NCBI GenBank assembly: GCA_041746255.1
Contig: JBGTHM010000002.1
Span: 1 to 11,159, forward strand
Origin: Fibrobacteria bacterium
Lineage (GTDB): Bacteria > Fibrobacterota > Fibrobacteria > UBA11236
Reading direction: 5' to 3'
DNA length: 11,159 nucleotides
The notes under the pieces were generated by a model. That model saw only the letters and a list, made by a program, of their open reading frames with translations, had not been told where the DNA came from and ran no database searches. The position numbers and the translations under genes are program-made. Below, one piece after another: positions 1 through 7,876 of the stretch (position 1 is the stretch's first letter; each line of letters begins with the position of its first letter).

Positions 1-728
1 CGCCCTCGCGCCTGATGGCCCGCGTGCTGGCGAAGATGGCGGCCCCGGTTGGGACGCGGCTGGCGGTGACGGGGTTCGATCTGGGCCCGCTGTCCGCCGA
101 AGTTTTGCCCGGGCTCTCACCGCCGTGCCGGGAGAAGTTGCGCAAGTATGGCCTGAAAACCGTCGCACAGGTGCGCGCTCTGACGCGTGAAAGTCTGGTC
201 GCGCACTTCGGGGGCGAAGGGGAGAAGTTGCATGCCCTGGCGCGCGGCCTGGATTTCGGCGGTGATGCCGCGCCGGGTATCACCGGAGTTTCCCCCGGCC
301 TCCGGGTCGAAACGGTCTTTCCCTGGGACGCCAACGACCGCGAAGTCTTGTTGCGCAAGGTTCACCTCACGGCGGATCAACTGTGCTTCCGCATGCGCCG
401 GCAAAACCTGTTGGGCCGACGTTTCGTGTTGGAACTGCGTTATACCGACGGCAAAACGGCGCGCCGGAGTTTCGACCTGCCGCGCGCCACCGACGCCATC
501 CTTCCCATCGCCGAAGCCGCCCGCGCCGCTTTCACGGAGTTCTCGCGGCGGCGCGCCGCGCTCAAGTCCATGGCGCTTTCGGTTAGCCGGGCGGGGCGGG
601 ATACGGGGCAGCTCGATCTCTTCACCGACGCCGACGAGGAAAAACAACGACGCATTGGCGCGGCCGTGCTCAAGGTGCGGGAGAAGGCAAGCTTCGAAGC
701 CATTTTCACCGCCGCGGATTTGTGCTGA
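1..728 (+). CDS. Y-family DNA polymerase (DinB/Pol IV or ImuB-like), C-terminal part, 5'-truncated by the window edge
   Basis: The frame is open from base 3 (PSRLMARVLAKMAAPVG resembles DinB NKLLAKIAS..KPNG). It has an HhH segment (LPGLSPPCREKLRKYGLKTVAQV), then FGGEGEKLHALARGLD, a little-finger/IMS_C region (LELRYTD), and a QLDLF beta-clamp motif at 609-623. The catalytic N-terminus lies outside the window. Confidence 0.85.
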   Translation, partial: PSRLMARVLAKMAAPVGTRLAVTGFDLGPLSAEVLPGLSPPCREKLRKYGLKTVAQVRALTRESLVAHFGGEGEKLHALARGLDFGGDAAPGITGVSPGLRVETVFPWDANDREVLLRKVHLTADQLCFRMRRQNLLGRRFVLELRYTDGKTARRSFDLPRATDAILPIAEAARAAFTEFSRRRAALKSMALSVSRAGRDTGQLDLFTDADEEKQRRIGAAVLKVREKASFEAIFTAADLC

Positions 729-826
729 ATACCTTGCAATTGATCCGCGACATTTTTCGCCTGGTTTTCCTTTCTCCAACGGGGTAACACACCCATTCCT
801 TGAAGGTGGCCCACACGTTTTCGTCG

Positions 827-927
827 CTATCCTCAATTTGCGTATAGTGAAAACAAGCCAAAATCGCCAGAAATACCCTAAAAATGCTGAAAAATACACA
901 TTTAAGCTATACGCAATTTGAGTATAC
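827..927. repeat. Pair of 21-bp imperfect palindromes separated by phased A-tracts (putative protein-binding or recombination site)
   Basis: 827-847 CTATCCTCAATTTGCGTATAG and 907-927 CTATACGCAATTTGAGTATAC. They match 17/21 as direct repeats, and 832-847 vs 907-922 match 15/16 as an inverted repeat. A-tracts start at 850, 860, 871, 880 and 890. Confidence 0.7.
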
Positions 928-1104
928 TCGTAAAATCATTGGGGCGCCACCTCACGAGGAAATAACGCAGCCACACCGGAAGACTTCAAATCAACCTATT
1001 TGAAATATCGCGAGACCTGACCGGACGTTCCGTTACCGGAATCGATCAACCCGCCAGCGGATGGAAAATCTTCAAATAAACCGAGGGCGAATGGCTGGGG
1101 TCCT

Positions 1105-2082
1105 TCATTCCTCCCGCAACGGAATGAGGGGCATAATCCTCCGAGCCATGGGGGAGGTCCTGCCGTCCAGCCGGAAAGCCGTGGTACCGGTCAGGTCATG
1201 CGGCACGAGGACTCGGGGGGTCTCGCGGAAGTTATGCCATAGCCGCGCGCCGGATGTCCCAATCAAAGCCGCGCGTGGCATCCGAAGCACCGGGATGGTG
1301 GAGCCGTGCATGGCCGTTTCCAAGGAAGTGGTGATGCGCATCTCGGCCAGGTGGACGGTTATCTCCCTTCCCACCGCGCTACTGTTGTAGGCGCCCCATT
1401 TGGGTCCGGTTTCGGAACCGTCCAGAGTTTTATGATAATACCGGGTTTCTCCGGTGGAGAACTTCTGCATTTCTCCATTGACGTAAAACTCGATGTATCC
1501 CTTCTGCTTATCTTCGGATTGTTTGACAATCACGACAAAGTTTACCCATTCTCCCATTTTCACGGGCTTTTTCCAAATCGTGGCGACTCCCTTCCGGGTT
1601 TGCATCCAATGGTCATCGAATTTGCGCATTTGCACTTCCCGTCCGTTGTATTCCATCAGGAACGGGTAATTCTGGGTGAAAGGACGATATCCCTTCCATT
1701 GGAAAATGCAGACGTTACCGGCTATGCTTTCCCTGGATTCGAATTTCCATCGCCAACCGATGTAATAAGGCTTGTCGATAATCTTGAGTCCGCCGAAGCC
1801 TCCGGGATTATGGATTCCCCTGGCGCCGCGGATTTCAGCTCTTTTATCCGCCTTGGGTTTATACACCCGCCAAACCTGACCGTACTTCGGATCCTCCACG
1901 GCGGTGACGGAACCGAAGCCTTTGGTTTCATTGACGCCTTCGAAATCGAGAAAACAGAAATTTTCGCTGGGTGCCTTGGCGGGGTCGGCGTACCACAGAA
2001 CCTCTGCCTTGGCGAGGGAGGCAAAGGAGAAAACCAGGGCAACTGCGAATTTCCGACATTCCATCCAAAACACCAATCGCAT
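1105..2082 (-). CDS. Secreted polysaccharide-lyase-like protein (heparin lyase I / Polysacc_lyase-type beta-jelly roll) with a short C-terminal sorting-like tail
   Basis: Signal peptide ending SLAKA-EV. Motifs KRAEIRG, YYIGWRWK, IFQWKG, WVNFVV, GYIEFYVNG and PKWGAY fit the RxE / Q / KxGxY pattern of jelly-roll lyases. Arg-rich tail containing FRLDGR. The start could be the second Met (MECRK). Confidence 0.7.
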   Translation of the reverse strand: MRLVFWMECRKFAVALVFSFASLAKAEVLWYADPAKAPSENFCFLDFEGVNETKGFGSVTAVEDPKYGQVWRVYKPKADKRAEIRGARGIHNPGGFGGLKIIDKPYYIGWRWKFESRESIAGNVCIFQWKGYRPFTQNYPFLMEYNGREVQMRKFDDHWMQTRKGVATIWKKPVKMGEWVNFVVIVKQSEDKQKGYIEFYVNGEMQKFSTGETRYYHKTLDGSETGPKWGAYNSSAVGREITVHLAEMRITTSLETAMHGSTIPVLRMPRAALIGTSGARLWHNFRETPRVLVPHDLTGTTAFRLDGRTSPMARRIMPLIPLREE

Positions 2083-2287
2083 ACCCCGGCGGGCATGCCG
2101 GGCTATATATCCTATACTCCGAACCGATGGAATGCTGAACGTATGACGACACTACTCCGCATTTCCGTATCCTTCAGAAACCATTCAATCCGGTAAGGGT
2201 CCGTTAGGAAATAATTGCGTCATACCGAGGGCGGAGAACCGGCCGTAATCCCCGCCGTCGCCGCGCCCGGATTGGCTTTGGATGAAA

Positions 2288-3379
2288 CTATCTCCCGGGC
2301 AATAACAAGCGATGGAAGGTATTCCCTGATCGGACGAGCAGCAAACCTGAAGCAACCGGTTTGTTATCGGTTCCGGTTCCGTCCCAAACCAGATAGTTGT
2401 TTTCCGGATAGAGTCTTTTCACAAGGTCACCTTGCAAATTGAATAAGTCAACAGGGTGTTCGGAGGATGGCAAAGTGATTTGCTGATTATGGAATAAGAA
2501 GCGTAGGGAATTTCCCGAACCCACTGGTTGCAAATAATTCGCCGAGGTTGATGGTTTAAAATTCACTCTGGCTCCGGTAACGAAAATCATGGCATCCACG
2601 GTTTGCTGTCCGCCCCCTCTGTACATTCCCCATCGGAAAGAAGTCGTCCCACTGGGCCTGCTATAGCTTCCCCCGCCGTCAACCGGCGCGCCGTTCAACC
2701 ATACCCGGTAATTATGTCCATCATCCTCGACCTTGATGTCGAAGCCCTTGCCTATCATGTTGCGGGCGATGATTTTATCCTGCCCGCTAGTGCGATGATT
2801 GATATCGATGTCTCCATTCATGTTCATGCCCAGGGATACCGCCCATTGATTGCTTCCATTGAAGGCCTGGAACATCGAGCCGCCCGTATTCGGCTTTATA
2901 ATGGTATACCGGCCTTCCCAGGTCTGAACCCCATCTCCTCTTTTGTAATTTTTATGGGAATGCGTTTCTATTCTTGCGGCGCCCGTCCTGCTGTTCCTGA
3001 TATTTTCATCACCTTTGTGAAGCCGGAATATCTGGGTGTTTCCATCCTCCTGATACCACCTTTTATATTTGTGGAAGTCCTTGCGGGGAATCTGGCTGGC
3101 GCACATCTGATGCAGCCCAATATCATCTTCTATGCTCCTGTTGCCGAAAGGTCCGGTCTCCACCACTTCATTGTTGACATCGATGGTCGTGCCGTCAAAG
3201 GTATTTCCCTGGCAATCCTCGGTAGGACGCTTAAGACCTTTTTCGGCCATGAGTTGATTGAATGGCGGATTGCTCCCGGCGGATTCGGTATACAGGTTCT
3301 GTGCGGATACAAGGGTGAAGCTTACCGGAAAACCGAAGGCAAGGATAGTCAGAAAGGGAATGATTTTAGGGTTGTTCAT
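2288..3379 (-). CDS. Secreted PL7/alginate-lyase-2-like jelly-roll protein with a FlgD-Ig/T9SS-like C-terminal domain
   Basis: Signal peptide (MNNPKIIPFLTILAFGFPVSFTLVSA-Q). Motifs ARIETHS, WEGRYTI, MFQAF, YRVWLNG, FRWGMY. C-terminal VDLFNLQGDLVKRL...LVWDGTGTDNKPVASGLLLVR. Confidence 0.65.
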   Translation of the reverse strand: MNNPKIIPFLTILAFGFPVSFTLVSAQNLYTESAGSNPPFNQLMAEKGLKRPTEDCQGNTFDGTTIDVNNEVVETGPFGNRSIEDDIGLHQMCASQIPRKDFHKYKRWYQEDGNTQIFRLHKGDENIRNSRTGAARIETHSHKNYKRGDGVQTWEGRYTIIKPNTGGSMFQAFNGSNQWAVSLGMNMNGDIDINHRTSGQDKIIARNMIGKGFDIKVEDDGHNYRVWLNGAPVDGGGSYSRPSGTTSFRWGMYRGGGQQTVDAMIFVTGARVNFKPSTSANYLQPVGSGNSLRFLFHNQQITLPSSEHPVDLFNLQGDLVKRLYPENNYLVWDGTGTDNKPVASGLLLVRSGNTFHRLLLPGR

Positions 3380-3582
3380 ATGATTTCCAGGTGTTGGTAT
3401 GAGGATATATTAATGCGAGCGTCATGATTATGTTGTCTTCGCATGCGCAGTTCGTTATCGGAAAGGAACACCCGGGGGTTTCGGACGAAAAAAAGCATTG
3501 GTAGGTCGCCTAGCGAGGGTCAGTTTTGAGGAGCCGAAATCGATTTGGGAAAGAAACTAGACACTACCCGTCGGGGGGCCTA

Positions 3583-4929
3583 TCAATGCTTTTTCGTGGA
3601 CAAAGGAAAGGCCGGATTCAAAACTTGGTTGCGACCCCGCAAGTCCCTCGCCTCCAGTGTCATTCCCCTACCGGTCTCCCATAACCACCTATTTCGGCCG
3701 GGATTCATTATCGAGCCATTTTTTGGCCGCCCGGATTGGGTGTCAAGTCTGAGGACCACCGGTAAAGGCCGGGAGCGACGGGCAAGGAAGTCCAAGTAAG
3801 CCAGGTAGTACTTGTCGCTCTCGTACTTGCTAAGTGTTCCGCCCTCTTCAGCCTGTATCAGTTCCCGCTCAAATTCCGGGGTCAGAATATCGCTTCGGCC
3901 TACGATAACCCTTTCCAAGGAGCGCGGAACGGGCGAAATCCTAAGCGGCAGGATTTCATCCACATCCTCCCGGGGGACTATCCAAAAGGCCTTGAGGCCT
4001 CTTTCTGAAGAAAAGTAGCTGTTTGCCCAGGTCTGCAACATTGCCGAGGCCTCTTCCGGGTACAATCCTGCCTGAATCATCGCTTCCCGAAGGCGATTGA
4101 TGGCCTGTGAGGCCCCATTGAAACCCTGCGAAGCCACAGGTCGCGCGGCCAGCACTCGCTCCGAACCGCCTATCTTCCCTTCCCACCATATAGCGGGGGG
4201 CTCCCCCATACTCGCTTCCCGAGGCAACTCGTATACCATCACATGCGCGATTTCTCGAGTACCACGATTGGAGAGGGATAATTGGCCGTCGGGTGTGAAG
4301 CGTATTTCCAAGGGAACAGGAAAGTTACCCAACCCCCGGTAAAAAAGAAACTTCTCCACTTCCCCCAAATGTCCACGGATCGAATTGGCGCGGTGAATCC
4401 GGGGTGCGCTCCATTCCTGGGTAACCTGGTCGGGTGGGGGTGTGGGAATTGGATTCTGTTCTGGCGCCAGCACCTTGGCCTTCCAAAGGATACGGCCCGT
4501 GCGTTCCTGAGCCATATCCACCGACGGCCCCGAAGGATTAAGCTCTCCCGCTACCCGCTGGGGGTACCATTGGCTGATGGTTCCGCCCTTGAACCCCACT
4601 TCCACCTCAATATTCAACGCCTTCTCGCAGTAGAAATACAGGATCGGGGTTTCCATTTTCACCGTGACATTTTGCAATGCCTCGGGGTCGGGCCATCCGG
4701 TCGTCGGGCTATAATTGAAGAAGGGCAGCCCGTGTACGAAGTCGGGTAGTCTTGATTCGTCTTTGTATAGGCCCGTTAATGCGAGGCCCGAGCTGCTGGT
4801 CAAGGTGGTGAATGTTCCCCATTCATGCACAATGGAAGTCTCCGACGGAGCGCCTCCGGCGTGAACAGCCGCCGCCAAGACCAATTCGGCGGCAAACAAG
4901 CGGGCAATAACCTGTTGTCTGATATTCAT
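3583..4929 (-). CDS. Secreted conserved hypothetical protein ('VHEWGTFT / METPILYFY' family)
   Basis: AGGAGA RBS just upstream of the ATG. Signal peptide ending AAVHA. Conserved-looking blocks VHEWGTFT, VKMETPILYFY, GGTISQWYP, EKFLFYRG, GLYPEEASAMLQTW, LPLRISPVP..LERV. Arg-rich tail containing RDLRGR. Confidence 0.8.
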   Translation of the reverse strand: MNIRQQVIARLFAAELVLAAAVHAGGAPSETSIVHEWGTFTTLTSSSGLALTGLYKDESRLPDFVHGLPFFNYSPTTGWPDPEALQNVTVKMETPILYFYCEKALNIEVEVGFKGGTISQWYPQRVAGELNPSGPSVDMAQERTGRILWKAKVLAPEQNPIPTPPPDQVTQEWSAPRIHRANSIRGHLGEVEKFLFYRGLGNFPVPLEIRFTPDGQLSLSNRGTREIAHVMVYELPREASMGEPPAIWWEGKIGGSERVLAARPVASQGFNGASQAINRLREAMIQAGLYPEEASAMLQTWANSYFSSERGLKAFWIVPREDVDEILPLRISPVPRSLERVIVGRSDILTPEFERELIQAEEGGTLSKYESDKYYLAYLDFLARRSRPLPVVLRLDTQSGRPKNGSIMNPGRNRWLWETGRGMTLEARDLRGRNQVLNPAFPLSTKKH

Positions 4930-5025
4930 GGTTTCTCCTGGTTAATACCGGTTTACCCGGTTCCAACTGAATATACCCTCCGATCCCATACGAACTCCCT
5001 GTTAAATAATATCCCCATAATATTA

Positions 5026-5100
5026 GTGTTGTCTATGGACAACGCCTTTGGACGCAGCTTCACCCCAACCCGTAGGTAAATACCTGCTGTTGTCTAGATA
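5026..5100. promoter_or_regulatory. Candidate operator sites in the divergent promoter region
   Basis: GTTGTC-TATG-GACAAC inverted repeat at 5028-5043. AGGTA-AA-TACCT at 5074-5085. TGTTGTCTA repeated at 5027 and 5088. These lie between the divergent starts at 4929 and 5166. Confidence 0.4.
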
Positions 5101-5165
5101 ATGGGCATACCTGCATTTTTCGCTTGTGTTCCGGATCTTTCCAGACTATCCTTGGGAAAGGCCCT

Positions 5166-5996
5166 ATGGATTCCATTTTTTCCTATACCGACTACAGACG
5201 CTACCTCCTGGATTATTTCCAGGCCAGGAAGGCATCCAATCCGCGCTATTCCCTGCGCATGCTGGCCGACCGCGCGGGTTTCAAGGCCCGCGATTATCTG
5301 CTGCGGGTGATGAACGGCAAACGGAACCTTTCTCCGACGGGCGCCAATCAGTTGTGTAAATTGTTTCGTTTCTCCGAAAAACAATCGGAATACTTCCACA
5401 CCCTGGTTTTATTCAATCAGGCCGGCACCACTTTGGAAAAGGAGGAACTGCTGGTCCGTCTTTCGACCATGCAAAAATACGGAAAGCATCAACGGCTAAG
5501 GAGTGATCAAAGCGAATACCTTTCCGCCTGGTATCACAGCGCCATCAGGTCCCTGCTCCCGGTCACTGACTTCGGAGAGGATTATGATAAAATCGCCCGA
5601 CTGATGGACCCGCCATTGACAGCAAAGCAGGTGCGTGACTCGGTGGATTTGCTCTTGCGGCTGGGACTTTTGCAGCGCGGGGCGAAAGGCCGTTACGCCG
5701 TGACCCAAATGGCTCTCAGCACCGGCGACGAAGTGGCGTCGGTTGGTGTAGCCAGGTTTCATAAAGCCACCATGGATTTGGCGAAGCGCTCCATCGACAA
5801 GCATTCCTCGGCGGCGCGGGACATCAGCGGTCTGACCATGAGCGTATCGCAATCCGGATTCAACCGCATCAAATCGGAAATCCGATCTTTTCGGAAAAAA
5901 ATCATGGCCATTGCCACGAACGATTCGAAAGAGGAAATGATTTATCAATTGAACTTGCATCTATTCCCCCTGACGCGCAACCAGGGGAGGGCATGA
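5166..5996 (+). CDS. TIGR02147 family protein (N-terminal HTH-like region plus DUF4423), putative regulator
   Basis: Typical start IFSYTDYRRYLLDYF, then YSLRMLADRAGF..RDYLLRVMNGKRNLS, EYFHTLVLFNQA, YLSAWYHSAIR, RDISGLT and C-terminal YQLNLHLFPL. ATG at 5166 follows GGAAAGG and is preferred over the track start at 5124. Confidence 0.92.
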   Translation: MDSIFSYTDYRRYLLDYFQARKASNPRYSLRMLADRAGFKARDYLLRVMNGKRNLSPTGANQLCKLFRFSEKQSEYFHTLVLFNQAGTTLEKEELLVRLSTMQKYGKHQRLRSDQSEYLSAWYHSAIRSLLPVTDFGEDYDKIARLMDPPLTAKQVRDSVDLLLRLGLLQRGAKGRYAVTQMALSTGDEVASVGVARFHKATMDLAKRSIDKHSSAARDISGLTMSVSQSGFNRIKSEIRSFRKKIMAIATNDSKEEMIYQLNLHLFPLTRNQGRA

Positions 5997-7858
5997 TAAT
6001 GGACAGCGTACGCGGCTTCCAATCTTTCACTTGGACATTTCGGCTCCTTGCCGTCCTGTTGCTGTCCTGCGGTCCAATTATCGGGCCAAAAGATCCCGAG
6101 GTGGCGGGACCTTGTACGGAAACGGGTAACCCCACGTCACTGGCCGGGATTGTGCGCGATTCGGTGGGCAACCCGGTGGCGGGAGCGTCGATAAAATTAT
6201 TTCGCCTGTCTTCCACCCAAGGCGACCCGGTAGTGGTGGCACCCGCATCGACTTGTGCCGACGGCTCCTTCCGCTTCGGGGCGTTGTCCGCCGCAGCCTA
6301 TGCCCTGGAAGCTGTCGATTCTTCCCGTGGAACGGTGGGATGGCATTCGAGGGTGGATGTTCCCGGCGTTTCCCCATCCGTCACCCTGGTTTTGAAAGCA
6401 CCAGGTCAGTTACGGGGCCTGGTGACTCGCGGCTCCAATGCCGTCCCTGCAGGAATTTCCAAAAATGAAAAAATCCTCGTGCGTCTTATTGACACCGATC
6501 GATTCGCCTACTCCGATATCCACGGAAACTTCGAAGTGGGATTCGTGGCTGAAGGAGTCTACCGGGTTTCCTTCACCGCCCTGGACGGGCATTACCTTAC
6601 ACGTTACGTGGACTCCGTCCGGATTCTCGCGGGAGAGACGACGGAACTTCCGGAGCTGGAACTGGAATGGAGCCCTTTCGTCGCTCCACCTATGGTTTCC
6701 GGAATCGCCGTAACCGGCGCTCCAGATAATACATTATCCCTTCAGTGGGAACCCGTAAAAGTTTCGAACTTTGCCCATTATGAACTCCATCGCAGGGACA
6801 CGCTCGCAAGCGGCGGGGCCGACACCTTGAAAACCATCACCCATTCCTTCACGGATTCATTGCCAGGATCGACCGTGCCGCGCCTATTCGAATACAAGGT
6901 AAGGGCGGTGAACCGTTTGGGAAACAAGGGGCCCTGGGGCGATCCAATATACGCTTATGTCCCGTCGGACTCGAATATTTCAGCCCATAAGTCCCTGGCA
7001 GCCCTTATTCTGGGCGATGGAATTCCCGTCGCCGCCGCGCGCGTCAAATTGTTTCGGCTTTCCGAGGCGTCCGGCTCGCCGGACCTCCTGCCTTTGATGG
7101 TGGAACCGGCAGATAGCGCCTTGACCGGCGCCGATGGCACGGTGCGATTCCATGATCTCGCCGCCGGCAGGTATTCGATGGAAGCCTTGGATCCCGCCAC
7201 CGGACGGATGGCGTTCAGGCAAGCGCTTTCCCCCGGCACCGGCGTCGTTCAGGACACGTTGTTATTATCTGCACCGGGTGCGCTTAAAGGCACGGTGACC
7301 CGGGAAAAACTTTGGATTACCACGCCCTTTAAGGGGGATGAAAACGTGCAGGTTTCCTTGGCAGGAACCCCTTACGTCGTCTACTCGAATTTCGATGGCA
7401 GCTACAAGATTTCCGGTGTTCCTGCGGGAAACTACACGGCGGTGTTCTACGCCCTGCCGGAAGGCTATTTTGCGCCAGATTCCCAAAAGGCCGCCATCAC
7501 TTCGGGGGACACCCTGGAGTTTCCCAAGGTGACTGCCTCATTCAATTCCAATCAGGCGCCGCCCCTGCCCGTCGGATTGCACATCGTCGCCTCATCACGC
7601 TCGCAAGTTACCCTGAGATGGGATCCCATCGCGAATTACCCATTCCTCAAAGGGTATCAACTTATACGGATGGACTCCACCTTAAATACCCTTTTCGAAT
7701 CCCCCGTTCTCGAGGAAACGGAATTCTGGGATTCAATCGCAACCCTTCCTTCAGGAACGATCTTGAAATACGTGGTAAGGGCCTTAAACGAGCGGGGAAA
7801 CGCCTCCGGCAACGGGGGAGATTCGAACGGACTTCCCGTGACGTACCTGATTCCTTGA
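5993..7858 (+). CDS. Lipoprotein with two tandem modules, each of 2x carboxypeptidase-regulatory-like/prealbumin domains plus an FN3 domain
   Basis: ATGA overlap with the upstream stop and a GGGGAGG RBS. Lipobox LLSC26 and a post-Cys AGPCTETGNP motif. GxVxD..GxPVAGAxxxL..ADGxFxF repeats. FN3 signatures LSLQWEP/YKVRAVN and VTLRWDP/YVVRALN. Confidence 0.85.
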   Translation: MIMDSVRGFQSFTWTFRLLAVLLLSCGPIIGPKDPEVAGPCTETGNPTSLAGIVRDSVGNPVAGASIKLFRLSSTQGDPVVVAPASTCADGSFRFGALSAAAYALEAVDSSRGTVGWHSRVDVPGVSPSVTLVLKAPGQLRGLVTRGSNAVPAGISKNEKILVRLIDTDRFAYSDIHGNFEVGFVAEGVYRVSFTALDGHYLTRYVDSVRILAGETTELPELELEWSPFVAPPMVSGIAVTGAPDNTLSLQWEPVKVSNFAHYELHRRDTLASGGADTLKTITHSFTDSLPGSTVPRLFEYKVRAVNRLGNKGPWGDPIYAYVPSDSNISAHKSLAALILGDGIPVAAARVKLFRLSEASGSPDLLPLMVEPADSALTGADGTVRFHDLAAGRYSMEALDPATGRMAFRQALSPGTGVVQDTLLLSAPGALKGTVTREKLWITTPFKGDENVQVSLAGTPYVVYSNFDGSYKISGVPAGNYTAVFYALPEGYFAPDSQKAAITSGDTLEFPKVTASFNSNQAPPLPVGLHIVASSRSQVTLRWDPIANYPFLKGYQLIRMDSTLNTLFESPVLEETEFWDSIATLPSGTILKYVVRALNERGNASGNGGDSNGLPVTYLIP

Positions 7859-7876
7859 AACCCCTTAGCCGTCCCA

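Noticed and set aside
117..921. Long overlapping ORFs 117..899 (-) and 187..921 (+)
   Set aside because: Shadow frames of the GC-rich polymerase gene, with no recognisable motifs.
1306..3427. Plus-strand ORFs 1306..2196 and 2603..3427
   Set aside because: Antisense shadows of the two lyase-like genes, which have signal peptides and coherent motifs.
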